From the IMG/VR virus record IMGVR_UViG_3300035445_000118: a DNA stretch of 20,000 bases; one strand, written 5' to 3'. This stretch comes from an uncultured virus (IMG/VR IMGVR_UViG_3300035445_000118) (Duplodnaviria > Heunggongvirae > Uroviricota > Caudoviricetes). Below, in pieces: positions 8,382 through 16,010 of this stretch (position 1 is the stretch's first letter; every line of letters starts with the position of its first letter). The position numbers and the translations under genes are program-made. A model generated the notes under the pieces. It was not told the origin of the DNA. It saw only the letters and a list, made by a program, of their open reading frames with translations, and ran no database searches.

Positions 8382-8441
8382 TTGCTGGTCACTGAGAGCG
8401 GACAAGTTAAGCGCTTGTCCGCTCCATTGTGCGCAGCAGTC
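8380..8441 (+). other. Long imperfect intergenic hairpin 2
   Basis: Perfect 11-bp stem GAGCGGACAAG/CTTGTCCGCTC (8396-8424) inside the outer arms GATTGCTG/CAGCAGTC. Confidence 0.7.
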
Positions 8442-8465
8442 TTAGCCAAGAGGAGTAAGTCAACT

Positions 8466-8738
8466 ATGAAGCTCTCACCCTTACCTGAAAATCGGCAGTA
8501 TGATCGAGTCCGCGTCTTAATCCCTGATTTTTCCCTGCACAGTATTGAGGTCTGGTTTTGTTGGACGTCGCCAGACCGGGCGAGTCACCTCCAGACCTAT
8601 ACGATCAAAACCTGGCAGCTCAATAACCTGGCCCGCTTCATGGCCCGCAAGGGATTGCACCCGGTCTCTCAGGACCCTACCACACGCGGACTCGCGATCT
8701 GGTATGCCCGGAATCTAAATTCAGAATCTAAAATCTGA
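8466..8738 (+). CDS. Hypothetical protein (MKLSPLPENR...)
   Basis: Start re-assigned to ATG 8466 after AAGAGGAG. Confidence 0.75.
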   Translation: MKLSPLPENRQYDRVRVLIPDFSLHSIEVWFCWTSPDRASHLQTYTIKTWQLNNLARFMARKGLHPVSQDPTTRGLAIWYARNLNSESKI

Positions 8739-8769
8739 GAATCTAATTTCTCAAGAGGAGAATCTAAAT

Positions 8770-9240
8770 ATGAATCCCGTGAAGAATGTCTTGAGAGAAT
8801 ACCGGCGCCAGATCGTCAACCGCGCCGTGTACTATGGCGGTGAACGCGAGCGGGCGAGCGCGACGATCTACGCCTATCATCAAACGCACAATCTGATCCT
8901 GGACTTTCGCCAGATCGCACGCGAGGGCGGCCATTTGTCCTATGGGCGCGGCGGCTGGACTTTGCATGTCGGCACGCTCAAGTCCATTCAAGGGTACGGC
9001 GGCCTGGAGCAGCCGATCCCCCTCCTGGCCATTTTGTTAGGTGTACCGGTCATCAACACCCGCACGATCCCCGATGAGGTGATCGATCAGGTGATCGCGT
9101 TCCCTATGGCCCGCGCGGGCTGTCAACAATACGGGCCGTTCACCGCGTGGGATTATGCGCCGCTCGCCTATGTGGCCCGACTCTATCAGGCGTTGGGCGC
9201 GACCCTGTACAATTTTCCGACCGTGGAATCTAATTTCTGA
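8770..9240 (+). CDS. Hypothetical protein
   Basis: 156-aa ORF with AAGAGGAG RBS. Confidence 0.8.
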   Translation: MNPVKNVLREYRRQIVNRAVYYGGERERASATIYAYHQTHNLILDFRQIAREGGHLSYGRGGWTLHVGTLKSIQGYGGLEQPIPLLAILLGVPVINTRTIPDEVIDQVIAFPMARAGCQQYGPFTAWDYAPLAYVARLYQALGATLYNFPTVESNF

Positions 9241-9284
9241 ATCTGATCGGCACGACTCTAATTCTCTGAGGAGAGACACTAAAC

Positions 9285-10430
9285 ATGGGCACCCTGTATC
9301 GTATCACCTCCAGCGGCATGAAAGCGGTTGAACCGGTCCGCTTTGAACCGGGCAAAGTCTATTACTACGGCGCGCATATTCCCGCCAGTGTGATCTATGT
9401 CACCCGCACCGACGACGACACGATCTACTATTTGAAACTGATCGATCACCTGTACGGCAGTGAGCCGACGCACGAATGGAAAGAATCCAGCGCGCACCTG
9501 TCTTTGAGCGTTAACAGCGGCGTTGAAATTATGACTCGCCAGCTCGCCGAGCTGGGCGATCACCCGATGAATCTGTTTCACCGCGCCAGTATCACCCGTA
9601 TTCTGGCCGGGGACCCTGCCGGGTTTGACCTCCCGACGGATTACCAAACGTTTGACGCCTGGAGTATCCAATGCCTGAAGGAACAGAACGAACGCGCCGC
9701 CGAACGCGCTCAAATGAAACACTATACCCTGATCGAGACGGCGAATTTTATTCGCGCCGTCCTGAAAAAAGAATTTCCCGGTCAGAAATTCAGCGTTCGG
9801 TCGGATCGCTTCAGTATGGGCAGCTCGATTGATGTCAAGTGGATCGATGGACCGACCCAAACCGAAGTCAACGATCTTATCAAACGTTTTGCCAGTAAGG
9901 GAGTCACCGATAATACCGATTATACGCCCGATGTGGACGGGATCGGCCCCGATGGCCAGCCCTGCACTTATGGCGCCTCGTATGTGAATGGATCACGGAC
10001 CTACAGCGCCGATTTTTTACAGCGCGTAGCCGCCCTGGAATGTCCGAAATGGGGCAAAACGGCGGCGGATCTGAATCTGGTAAACTGCGAGGACAGCGAA
10101 CCTTATTTCGCCCATGAGCCCGCCGTCATCGTAGACCCCCACGGCCACCCGTTCGGGCGCACCTTGCGGGATCGCGTGATGACCGCCGTTTACGAGACGA
10201 GTGATTATCACCGCCCAGAACCCGTAACCATCGAATCTAAACCGGTGAGCGTCGACTCTCAACCCATGATCACCAGCGACCGCCCGACCAGCCGAGTCGG
10301 CGAGTACAAAGGTCACCCGACGATTACCCTCATCGACGGCGATAAGGAATTTTCGTTCGGGCTGGCCAAAGCCCGTCAAATTCTCGCGAACTTGACCGCC
10401 ATTCAAGCGTTTGTCGAGTCGCAGTCCTGA
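9285..10430 (+). CDS. Multidomain protein with an LPD29-like domain (large polyvalent protein-associated domain)
   Basis: ETANFIRAVLKKEFPGQKFSVRSDRFSMGSSIDVKWIDGPT matches the LPD29 pattern as I recall it. A separate C-terminal module EYKGHPTITL...FSFGLAKARQIL follows a Pro-rich linker. Confidence 0.75.
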   Translation: MGTLYRITSSGMKAVEPVRFEPGKVYYYGAHIPASVIYVTRTDDDTIYYLKLIDHLYGSEPTHEWKESSAHLSLSVNSGVEIMTRQLAELGDHPMNLFHRASITRILAGDPAGFDLPTDYQTFDAWSIQCLKEQNERAAERAQMKHYTLIETANFIRAVLKKEFPGQKFSVRSDRFSMGSSIDVKWIDGPTQTEVNDLIKRFASKGVTDNTDYTPDVDGIGPDGQPCTYGASYVNGSRTYSADFLQRVAALECPKWGKTAADLNLVNCEDSEPYFAHEPAVIVDPHGHPFGRTLRDRVMTAVYETSDYHRPEPVTIESKPVSVDSQPMITSDRPTSRVGEYKGHPTITLIDGDKEFSFGLAKARQILANLTAIQAFVESQS

Positions 10431-10432
10431 CC

Positions 10433-10495
10433 GTTCAACCGGTGCGCACGAGTCCGCGAGCTCCCCCGTTCGCGGATTCCCGGCAAGGGTTGAAT
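10433..10495 (+). other. Long imperfect intergenic hairpin 3
   Basis: TTCAACC/GGTTGAA outer arms; inner 12-bp stem GAGTCCGCGAGC/GTTCGCGGATTC with two G-U pairs. Confidence 0.7.
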
Positions 10496-10531
10496 TGTGG
10501 AACCATCCACATTTTAGAGGAGTGTAACGCT

Positions 10532-10990
10532 ATGAAACTATACGATGATTACCGCTATGAATACCAAGTCCGTTCAACGAGTATGGATAATCCCGGTGCG
10601 TGGGAGCATGTGCGGACGGTTTCCGATCCGAACTCTGAAACCGGGATTACGCTCACCTACCGCCGCGCGCGCGTGCCTTATCACGCCGATTGTGAGTGCT
10701 GTAAATCTCACCGCGTGCACGCGCTTTCGTATCACTGGGGTCTCTTGGCCGCTTATGCTTACGATCTGATCGTGGATGTCATCTCCGAGGATACTCGGTT
10801 ATGGATCAAAGGGCTGGAGCCCTACGAACGGCGCGCGATTTATGATCGTCTGATAGTTAATGCCCAACACGATCAAAATGAATGGGAGCACTTCCCTCAC
10901 GATTTCGCCGACAATCTGAATCGTGCCGGAGATCGTCACTGGCTGGATTGCGCGTTGGTCTGGTTTGAACTGTACGGCATGGAGGACTAA
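10532..10990 (+). CDS. Hypothetical protein (MKLYDDYRYE...) with a HADCECC motif
   Basis: Start re-assigned to ATG 10532 after AGAGGAG; TAATG-coupled to the next gene. Confidence 0.75.
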   Translation: MKLYDDYRYEYQVRSTSMDNPGAWEHVRTVSDPNSETGITLTYRRARVPYHADCECCKSHRVHALSYHWGLLAAYAYDLIVDVISEDTRLWIKGLEPYERRAIYDRLIVNAQHDQNEWEHFPHDFADNLNRAGDRHWLDCALVWFELYGMED

Positions 10991-12360
10991 TGGATACCCG
11001 ACCCTGTACCACCTTCAGCACGTGGGAGCGCGTCCGCCGGGATTGCCGAGCGACCGGCTACCATCCCGCCGAGACCTACCGCGCGCACAATCTGATCCCC
11101 CTGGTCACCTGGAATCTGATTCACCTCCGGCGTTATCGGGCCGATCAGGCCGTGTATGTGTTCGACCGGCCCGACGTAGATCGGTTCATCGGCGGTCAGT
11201 TTTCCGTCAGTGCGGCGGCCCTGAAAGCGGCACTGAACCGACTCGCCATCAAAGATCAACATCATAAAGGGCATACAACGCTCGGCGGCGTCCAGGTCCG
11301 GGCCTATGGGGAGTATGTAGAGCTGGCCAGCTCTGAACGGACGGTGAAAATCACCCGGCTATCCGGTATAGGGCCCGATACCTCCTGGCTCACCGTCTCG
11401 GCCACCGCCCTCCAAGAGATCGCGACGCTGCACACCCCCCCCCGCAAAACCGATCTGGCCGTCCTGAAACTGACCCTGACCGACCAGAATCTAATTCTGG
11501 AATCTAAATCGGATCGGCATTTCAATCCCCGCTATACCCTGTACCGCCTGACCGGTCCGGTCTGGCCCCCACGCCCCGATCCCGATGAGTCCGCCGTGCG
11601 GCTGACCGTGGGCCCCGCCTTCTGGTCGGCCCTGACCCGCGCCGTCAAGCTCCTTCCACCGACCGCTCGGAAACGGTATCCAGAGGTCTCACGGTTTGCC
11701 TATGTCTGGCTGGCCGTCCACCCGGATCGGCTGGTGCTGGCCGGGGCGAACGGCTACATGTTCAACCGGATCAGCCTGCCTCTGGAGACCGGAATCACCG
11801 CCCCGCGCTACGTCGGGCTGCCCCCGGAACTAGCCCAGCTGAATCTGAATGCGGAGTCGGCCACCCTGATGATTTGGGGAGAGTACGTCCGGGTCGAGAC
11901 CGACTCGGAGTCGTTTCAATTCGTGACCGGTCCGTGTTACGAGGGGAACTTAGATGATCTGACGAACGGGGACGCTGTGCCCGTGGTGCTGCCTTATGCG
12001 GATCTCGCCCACGCCCTGAAGACCGTCGCCCCCATTGCGAAGACCGATCACAATATCGTGCGGCTGGCCCTGCGAGAGAAGACGTTGACCGTCGCGGCGT
12101 CCTCCGCCGAACGCGGCGATAGTGCCGAATCTCTGGACCTGGACTCTGTTCCCAGCCTGGTCGCCCTGCCCGATCTGAAAATGGACCTGACCTACCTCAA
12201 AAAAGCCCTCGACGGTCTGAATCCCGGTGCCCACGCCAAACTCCAACCGGTCACCCTGCTCTGGACGACCCACGACACACACCGCCCGCTGGGGCTCACG
12301 ACCGCCGGACAGCCCGACACCTGGATTATGCCGATGATTGAGCAAAACAAGGAGCGCTAA
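10990..12360 (+). CDS. DNA polymerase III beta-clamp (DnaN)-like protein with an extra N-terminal region
   Basis: Degenerate DnaN motifs: LVLAGANGYMF (cf. LxLVATDGHRL), VRLAL..KTLTVAASSAERGDSAESL, MDLTYLKKAL (cf. FNxxYLxDxL) and C-terminal IMPM. Confidence 0.7.
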   Translation: MDTRPCTTFSTWERVRRDCRATGYHPAETYRAHNLIPLVTWNLIHLRRYRADQAVYVFDRPDVDRFIGGQFSVSAAALKAALNRLAIKDQHHKGHTTLGGVQVRAYGEYVELASSERTVKITRLSGIGPDTSWLTVSATALQEIATLHTPPRKTDLAVLKLTLTDQNLILESKSDRHFNPRYTLYRLTGPVWPPRPDPDESAVRLTVGPAFWSALTRAVKLLPPTARKRYPEVSRFAYVWLAVHPDRLVLAGANGYMFNRISLPLETGITAPRYVGLPPELAQLNLNAESATLMIWGEYVRVETDSESFQFVTGPCYEGNLDDLTNGDAVPVVLPYADLAHALKTVAPIAKTDHNIVRLALREKTLTVAASSAERGDSAESLDLDSVPSLVALPDLKMDLTYLKKALDGLNPGAHAKLQPVTLLWTTHDTHRPLGLTTAGQPDTWIMPMIEQNKER

Positions 12361-12363
12361 CCC

Positions 12364-13821
12364 ATGATACACGCCGAACTCGCCGAGTTTTTCCCCACGC
12401 CGCGCGACGTGATCCACAAACTGATCGCGCCCGTGTATGATCGTCTCATGAAAGCGGAAACCACCCTCTTAGAGCCGTCGGCGGGCAAAGGGGATATTCT
12501 GGACCTGATCGCCGCCCAACGGCACGGGCAGACCTGCGCCCGCTTATATGCGATGGAGCTGCGCCGCGAGTTTCGCTATATCCTGGCCCAAAAAGGCTAC
12601 GACGTAATCGGCGACGATTTTCTCGCCCCCTTCCCGGCCCGCCATATCGACGTGGTGATCATGAATCCCCCCTTTTCGAATGGGGATGAACACCTCCTGA
12701 AAGCCTGGGAGATCGTGGCCGCCGGGGGCGTGGTGGTCTGTTTGCTCAATGCGGAAACGGTGAACAACCCCTACACCGCCCGCCGCCAGCAGCTCAAGAC
12801 AATTCTTGACCAGTACGGCACCGTGACCGCGCTCGGCGCCTGTTTCAAACACGCCGCCCGCCCCACCGACGCCGAGATCGTGCTGGTCGTCTTGAAGAAG
12901 CCCGCGCAAACTGAGAATCTGTTTGACGGCCTGAAGTTCGAACGCGCCCGCATGGAATCTGAAGGAGCGTTTACCACCGCCGAGCTGGCCAACACGAATC
13001 TGTTTGCGGCGCTGGTCGCCCAACATGATGCCGCCGCCCGCGCCCTGATCGAGCGCCACCGCTTGAGTCAGGCCATTGCCCATTACACCCGCGCGGTCTA
13101 TACGCCGGGCCACTCACCAACGTTCCCCTATGACGGGCTGAATACCGAACTGGACCGCCTGCGCGATCTGTTTTGGGCGTTCATCTTCGACCGTACCCGC
13201 ATCGCCGCCTGGACGACCACCAAGGTGCGCAAGCAGTTTGAGCAGCAGCGCGCGGTGTCGATGCGCCTGGCCTTCACCCTGGACAATCTGATCGCCCTCC
13301 TGGAAACCCTGAAAGAAAACCAGGTGGAGATCATGAAACAATGCGTGGTGGAAGTCTTCGACAAAATCACCGCCCTGCATGAAAAGAACACCCTCCACCG
13401 CGAAGGCTGGAAGACCAACAAATCCTGGATGGTGGCCCGTAAAATCATCGTGCCCAAAGGCGTCAGCTACGAGCCGAAATTCGACTCCTGGAGTACCTGC
13501 ACGTATGATCAGAGTTTTTTTGAAGACCTGGATAAAGCCTGTTGCTTCCTGGATGGCAAACCTTACGACACCCTGCGCCAATACCATGATCTGGGTTCAT
13601 CTAAATGGATCGTTCCAGAGTTCTGTACCATCAGTGACGCGATCTATCGTCACGTGCGCGAAAACGCCTTGAACTGGGATCAGCCCTTCGACAGTGGCTT
13701 TTTCACGATCCGAATTTACAAAAAAGGCACCGTGCATCTTGTGTTCAAAGACCCGTCCTTGTGGCAGCGCTTCAATCAGGCCGCGGCCGATGGCAAATGC
13801 TGGGTTGGACCAGGTTACTGA
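12364..13821 (+). CDS. N6-adenine DNA methyltransferase with DUF4942-type C-terminus
   Basis: EFFPTP, LEPSAGKG (motif I), IMNPPF (motif IV); C-terminal GWKTN...KIIVP and FFTIRIYKKGTVHLVF. Confidence 0.85.
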   Translation: MIHAELAEFFPTPRDVIHKLIAPVYDRLMKAETTLLEPSAGKGDILDLIAAQRHGQTCARLYAMELRREFRYILAQKGYDVIGDDFLAPFPARHIDVVIMNPPFSNGDEHLLKAWEIVAAGGVVVCLLNAETVNNPYTARRQQLKTILDQYGTVTALGACFKHAARPTDAEIVLVVLKKPAQTENLFDGLKFERARMESEGAFTTAELANTNLFAALVAQHDAAARALIERHRLSQAIAHYTRAVYTPGHSPTFPYDGLNTELDRLRDLFWAFIFDRTRIAAWTTTKVRKQFEQQRAVSMRLAFTLDNLIALLETLKENQVEIMKQCVVEVFDKITALHEKNTLHREGWKTNKSWMVARKIIVPKGVSYEPKFDSWSTCTYDQSFFEDLDKACCFLDGKPYDTLRQYHDLGSSKWIVPEFCTISDAIYRHVRENALNWDQPFDSGFFTIRIYKKGTVHLVFKDPSLWQRFNQAAADGKCWVGPGY

Positions 13822-13850
13822 TTGACGGACGCTATACCATCTGCTATACT
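13822..13850 (+). promoter_or_regulatory. Internal sigma70-type promoter with extended -10
   Basis: TTGACG (13822-13827), 17-bp spacer ending TGC, TATACT (13845-13850). Confidence 0.8.
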
Positions 13851-13881
13851 GAAGAGAAATCTAATCGAGGAGAGAAGGACC

Positions 13882-14484
13882 ATGAAACGCACGAGTAAGT
13901 ACGCTCCCTATGTCCATGAATATCACGATAACCAGGGCCGCCCGTGGTATGCGGTGGGCCAGTACCATCCATCGCGCGGGCAATACACCCGCCCCCTGGA
14001 TAGTCGTGAACGCCGCCGGACGGGCTGTTCGGCCGAGTTTGCACGTACCCCTGCTGGGATGCAATCTTACCGCACGCGCGCTCAAGCCCTCCGCCGCGCC
14101 CGCACGCTGTTTTCGGACGCCATCGGCGACTCCTATCCCGACGATCTGATCGAGGCCCTGGAAACCCGTGAAGCCGGGCTGGCCGGGCCATTGATGACGG
14201 CGAACCAGGCCTGGGATCAACACCTGGATCAAGAAGTCGAGGCCGCCACCAGTTTGGGCCAGGTGCCAGGGACCGGTCAAGCCATCATCGCCCGTGAAAA
14301 TCGGTTGCGAGCAGCGGGGAACATCTATTTCGAGCAGGGCTACCGCCTGCACCGCACCGCGCGTCAGGTGCGCGGGTTAGGCTTTACGATTCCAGACGAC
14401 GCGATTGAGTACCGCATCGAGACAGCAGGCCATATCGCCACCACGGAAGCCGTGCGGTTGGTCTATGTCACACGGAACGCCTGA
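13882..14484 (+). CDS. Hypothetical protein (MKRTSKYAPY...)
   Basis: Start re-assigned to ATG 13882 after GAGGAGAGAAG; the track start at 13822 lies within the promoter. Confidence 0.8.
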   Translation: MKRTSKYAPYVHEYHDNQGRPWYAVGQYHPSRGQYTRPLDSRERRRTGCSAEFARTPAGMQSYRTRAQALRRARTLFSDAIGDSYPDDLIEALETREAGLAGPLMTANQAWDQHLDQEVEAATSLGQVPGTGQAIIARENRLRAAGNIYFEQGYRLHRTARQVRGLGFTIPDDAIEYRIETAGHIATTEAVRLVYVTRNA

Positions 14485-14499
14485 CACTCATCACCCCGT

Positions 14500-14525
14500 G
14501 GGGGAGGATCGTCCTCCCCCTTTTC
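14500..14525 (+). terminator. Intrinsic terminator
   Basis: GGGGGAGGA-TCG-TCCTCCCCC followed by TTTTT. Confidence 0.85.
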
Positions 14526-14543
14526 ATTCACAAGGAGAAGAAT

Positions 14544-14741
14544 ATGCCCCCCGGAAAACATCAAGTCCTGCGTAAAGGGGTCAGCTACAAGTTGCCCCCG
14601 CGTATTCTGGCGATGGTGGATGCGCTGGCCGAGCAGGCGAGCACCAGCAACACGCGCGCCATCGAGATCGCCATCGAGCAAGCCTACTACCGGCAGTTCC
14701 CCGACGTGTTGGGGCTGCCCGTCGCCGAATCTAAATCGTGA
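14544..14741 (+). CDS. Ribbon-helix-helix (CopG/Arc-like) DNA-binding protein
   Basis: KGVSYKL (ribbon), PPRILAMVDALAEQ (helix), SNTRAIEIAIEQAY (helix); AAGGAG RBS. Confidence 0.7.
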   Translation: MPPGKHQVLRKGVSYKLPPRILAMVDALAEQASTSNTRAIEIAIEQAYYRQFPDVLGLPVAESKS

Positions 14742-14760
14742 ATCTAATCGAGGAGAGACG

Positions 14761-15345
14761 ATGATGCACGAAAACTTTAAATGGAATGGCGCGGGCTGGT
14801 ATGCCAGTCGCCAAGAAGAGTTTGACCATGTGCAATACATCAATACCTATTGGGTCGCCGAGTTCGATTCCGACCGATATGAAGCGGGAAGAGCGGCTCG
14901 TCAGGCCAACTTGGGTACCCCGCACCGCTATGCGGCCCCACCGGCGGGGACTGACAATCGGGTCGTGTGGAATCCGTCGGACGAACATGTCGCGCAGAAT
15001 CAGCGCCGTGAAGTGATTGCTAACCTGTTCCATTTCGACCCCACCTACGAAGCCGCGCCCGGTCTGACCTGGGAAGTGGTAGTTACCGATGCGTCCGATC
15101 TGAACGGGGATGATCAGGCGGTCGCCATGCAGAACGCGAAAGCAGCGACCACTGACCATTCACCTACCGGCTTGTGGGTCGCGGTGTGGGGTGGTACGCA
15201 CCTCTGCGTGCCCGTGCCGAAAGCCTTAGCGCAACAGATTGCCGAGGGCTTCAAGGGGGCGACGATCCGACGCCCCACCGAGTTGGAATATGAGATCATC
15301 GTGAACACCTGGCTCGCCATTCGTGAGAGACAGGACGAGCAGTAA
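14761..15345 (+). CDS. Hypothetical protein (MMHENFKWNG...)
   Basis: Start re-assigned to ATG 14761 after GAGGAGAG. Confidence 0.8.
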   Translation: MMHENFKWNGAGWYASRQEEFDHVQYINTYWVAEFDSDRYEAGRAARQANLGTPHRYAAPPAGTDNRVVWNPSDEHVAQNQRREVIANLFHFDPTYEAAPGLTWEVVVTDASDLNGDDQAVAMQNAKAATTDHSPTGLWVAVWGGTHLCVPVPKALAQQIAEGFKGATIRRPTELEYEIIVNTWLAIRERQDEQ

Positions 15346-15346
15346 T

Positions 15347-15676
15347 ATGACCCGCCCCCTGAGCACCCGCAGCCGCACCTACCTGGCCCACATCGCCAAC
15401 TACGTCACGGGCTATGCTTTCCATATCCCGTTCTCCACCGAAATGATCCTGCGCAACGCGCGACTGATTGAATGGCGTGGGGAACGCGAGTTCGGACGGG
15501 ATGTGCTGTACATCACCGACGCGGGGCGCAAGGTCCTGGCCCAGCCCGCCGAGACCCCCGTGCCCATCCTGATCCGGGATGAGGATGCCGCGCATCTGAT
15601 CCGCTATGAAGGCTACCTCAATGCCCGTGGACGGCGTGCCCTGGCGGCGTGGCGTCAGTCGAAAACGGGAATCTAA
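15347..15676 (+). CDS. Hypothetical protein, possible winged-helix (wing motif LYITDAGRKVL)
   Basis: ATG 15347 lies 1 nt after the upstream stop; ITDAGR and LNARGR resemble repeated wHTH wing motifs (inference). Confidence 0.65.
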   Translation: MTRPLSTRSRTYLAHIANYVTGYAFHIPFSTEMILRNARLIEWRGEREFGRDVLYITDAGRKVLAQPAETPVPILIRDEDAAHLIRYEGYLNARGRRALAAWRQSKTGI

Positions 15677-15713
15677 TTCGTGAATCTAAATCTGAGGGAG
15701 GAGAGAAAATCGC

Positions 15714-15989
15714 ATGACCAAGTGTGTCATTTGTAACGTCTATGAAGCCAAAGAAGGGGCCACGTATTGCCCAAAGTGTATCGGGGTGTTTGGGTTGATT
15801 CCTGCCATACATGCCGCTTTAGCGCAACGACAGGGGGATACCAAGCCCACCTACGAGGACTTGCGCGCCGAACTGCACACCGTCGAGTGCGTGCTGGCGC
15901 AGCTCGAAACGCTGACTGATGGCTTTGTCCGGCGTATCGTCACAGATGAACTTGCGCGCGTGGATGCTTTACTCGCCCATTGCCAGTAA
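15714..15989 (+). CDS. Small protein with N-terminal C4 zinc finger and helical C-terminus
   Basis: CVIC...CPKC; GAGGAGAGAA RBS at 15698. Confidence 0.75.
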   Translation: MTKCVICNVYEAKEGATYCPKCIGVFGLIPAIHAALAQRQGDTKPTYEDLRAELHTVECVLAQLETLTDGFVRRIVTDELARVDALLAHCQ

Positions 15990-16010
15990 CCGACCATGAG
16001 TTAGAGGAGA

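Larger units (their letters stand above)
8711..15689 (+). repeat. Dispersed co-oriented GAATCTAA boxes, often as GAATCTAA-N5-GAATCTAA
   Basis: Exact copies at 8711, 8724, 8739, 8760, 9226, 10233, 11487, 11500, 14727, 14740, 15669 and 15682. One-mismatch copies include 9239, 9254 and 13857. Confidence 0.9.

Noticed and set aside
7700..10495. Early block as a true integron cassette array
   Set aside because: Only one of the three hairpins has attC core ends, its L boxes pair poorly, its G-T pairs favour top-strand or RNA folding, and no integron integrase is in the window.
9279..15595. Minus-strand ORFs such as 9279-9860, 11950-12417, 12544-13113, 13114-13587 and 13861-14352
   Set aside because: They are antisense to well-supported plus-strand genes that have clear RBSs.
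8711..15689. GAATCTAA repeats as a CRISPR array
   Set aside because: The repeat is only 8 bp, the spacing is 13-21 bp or kilobases, and there are no uniform spacers or cas genes.
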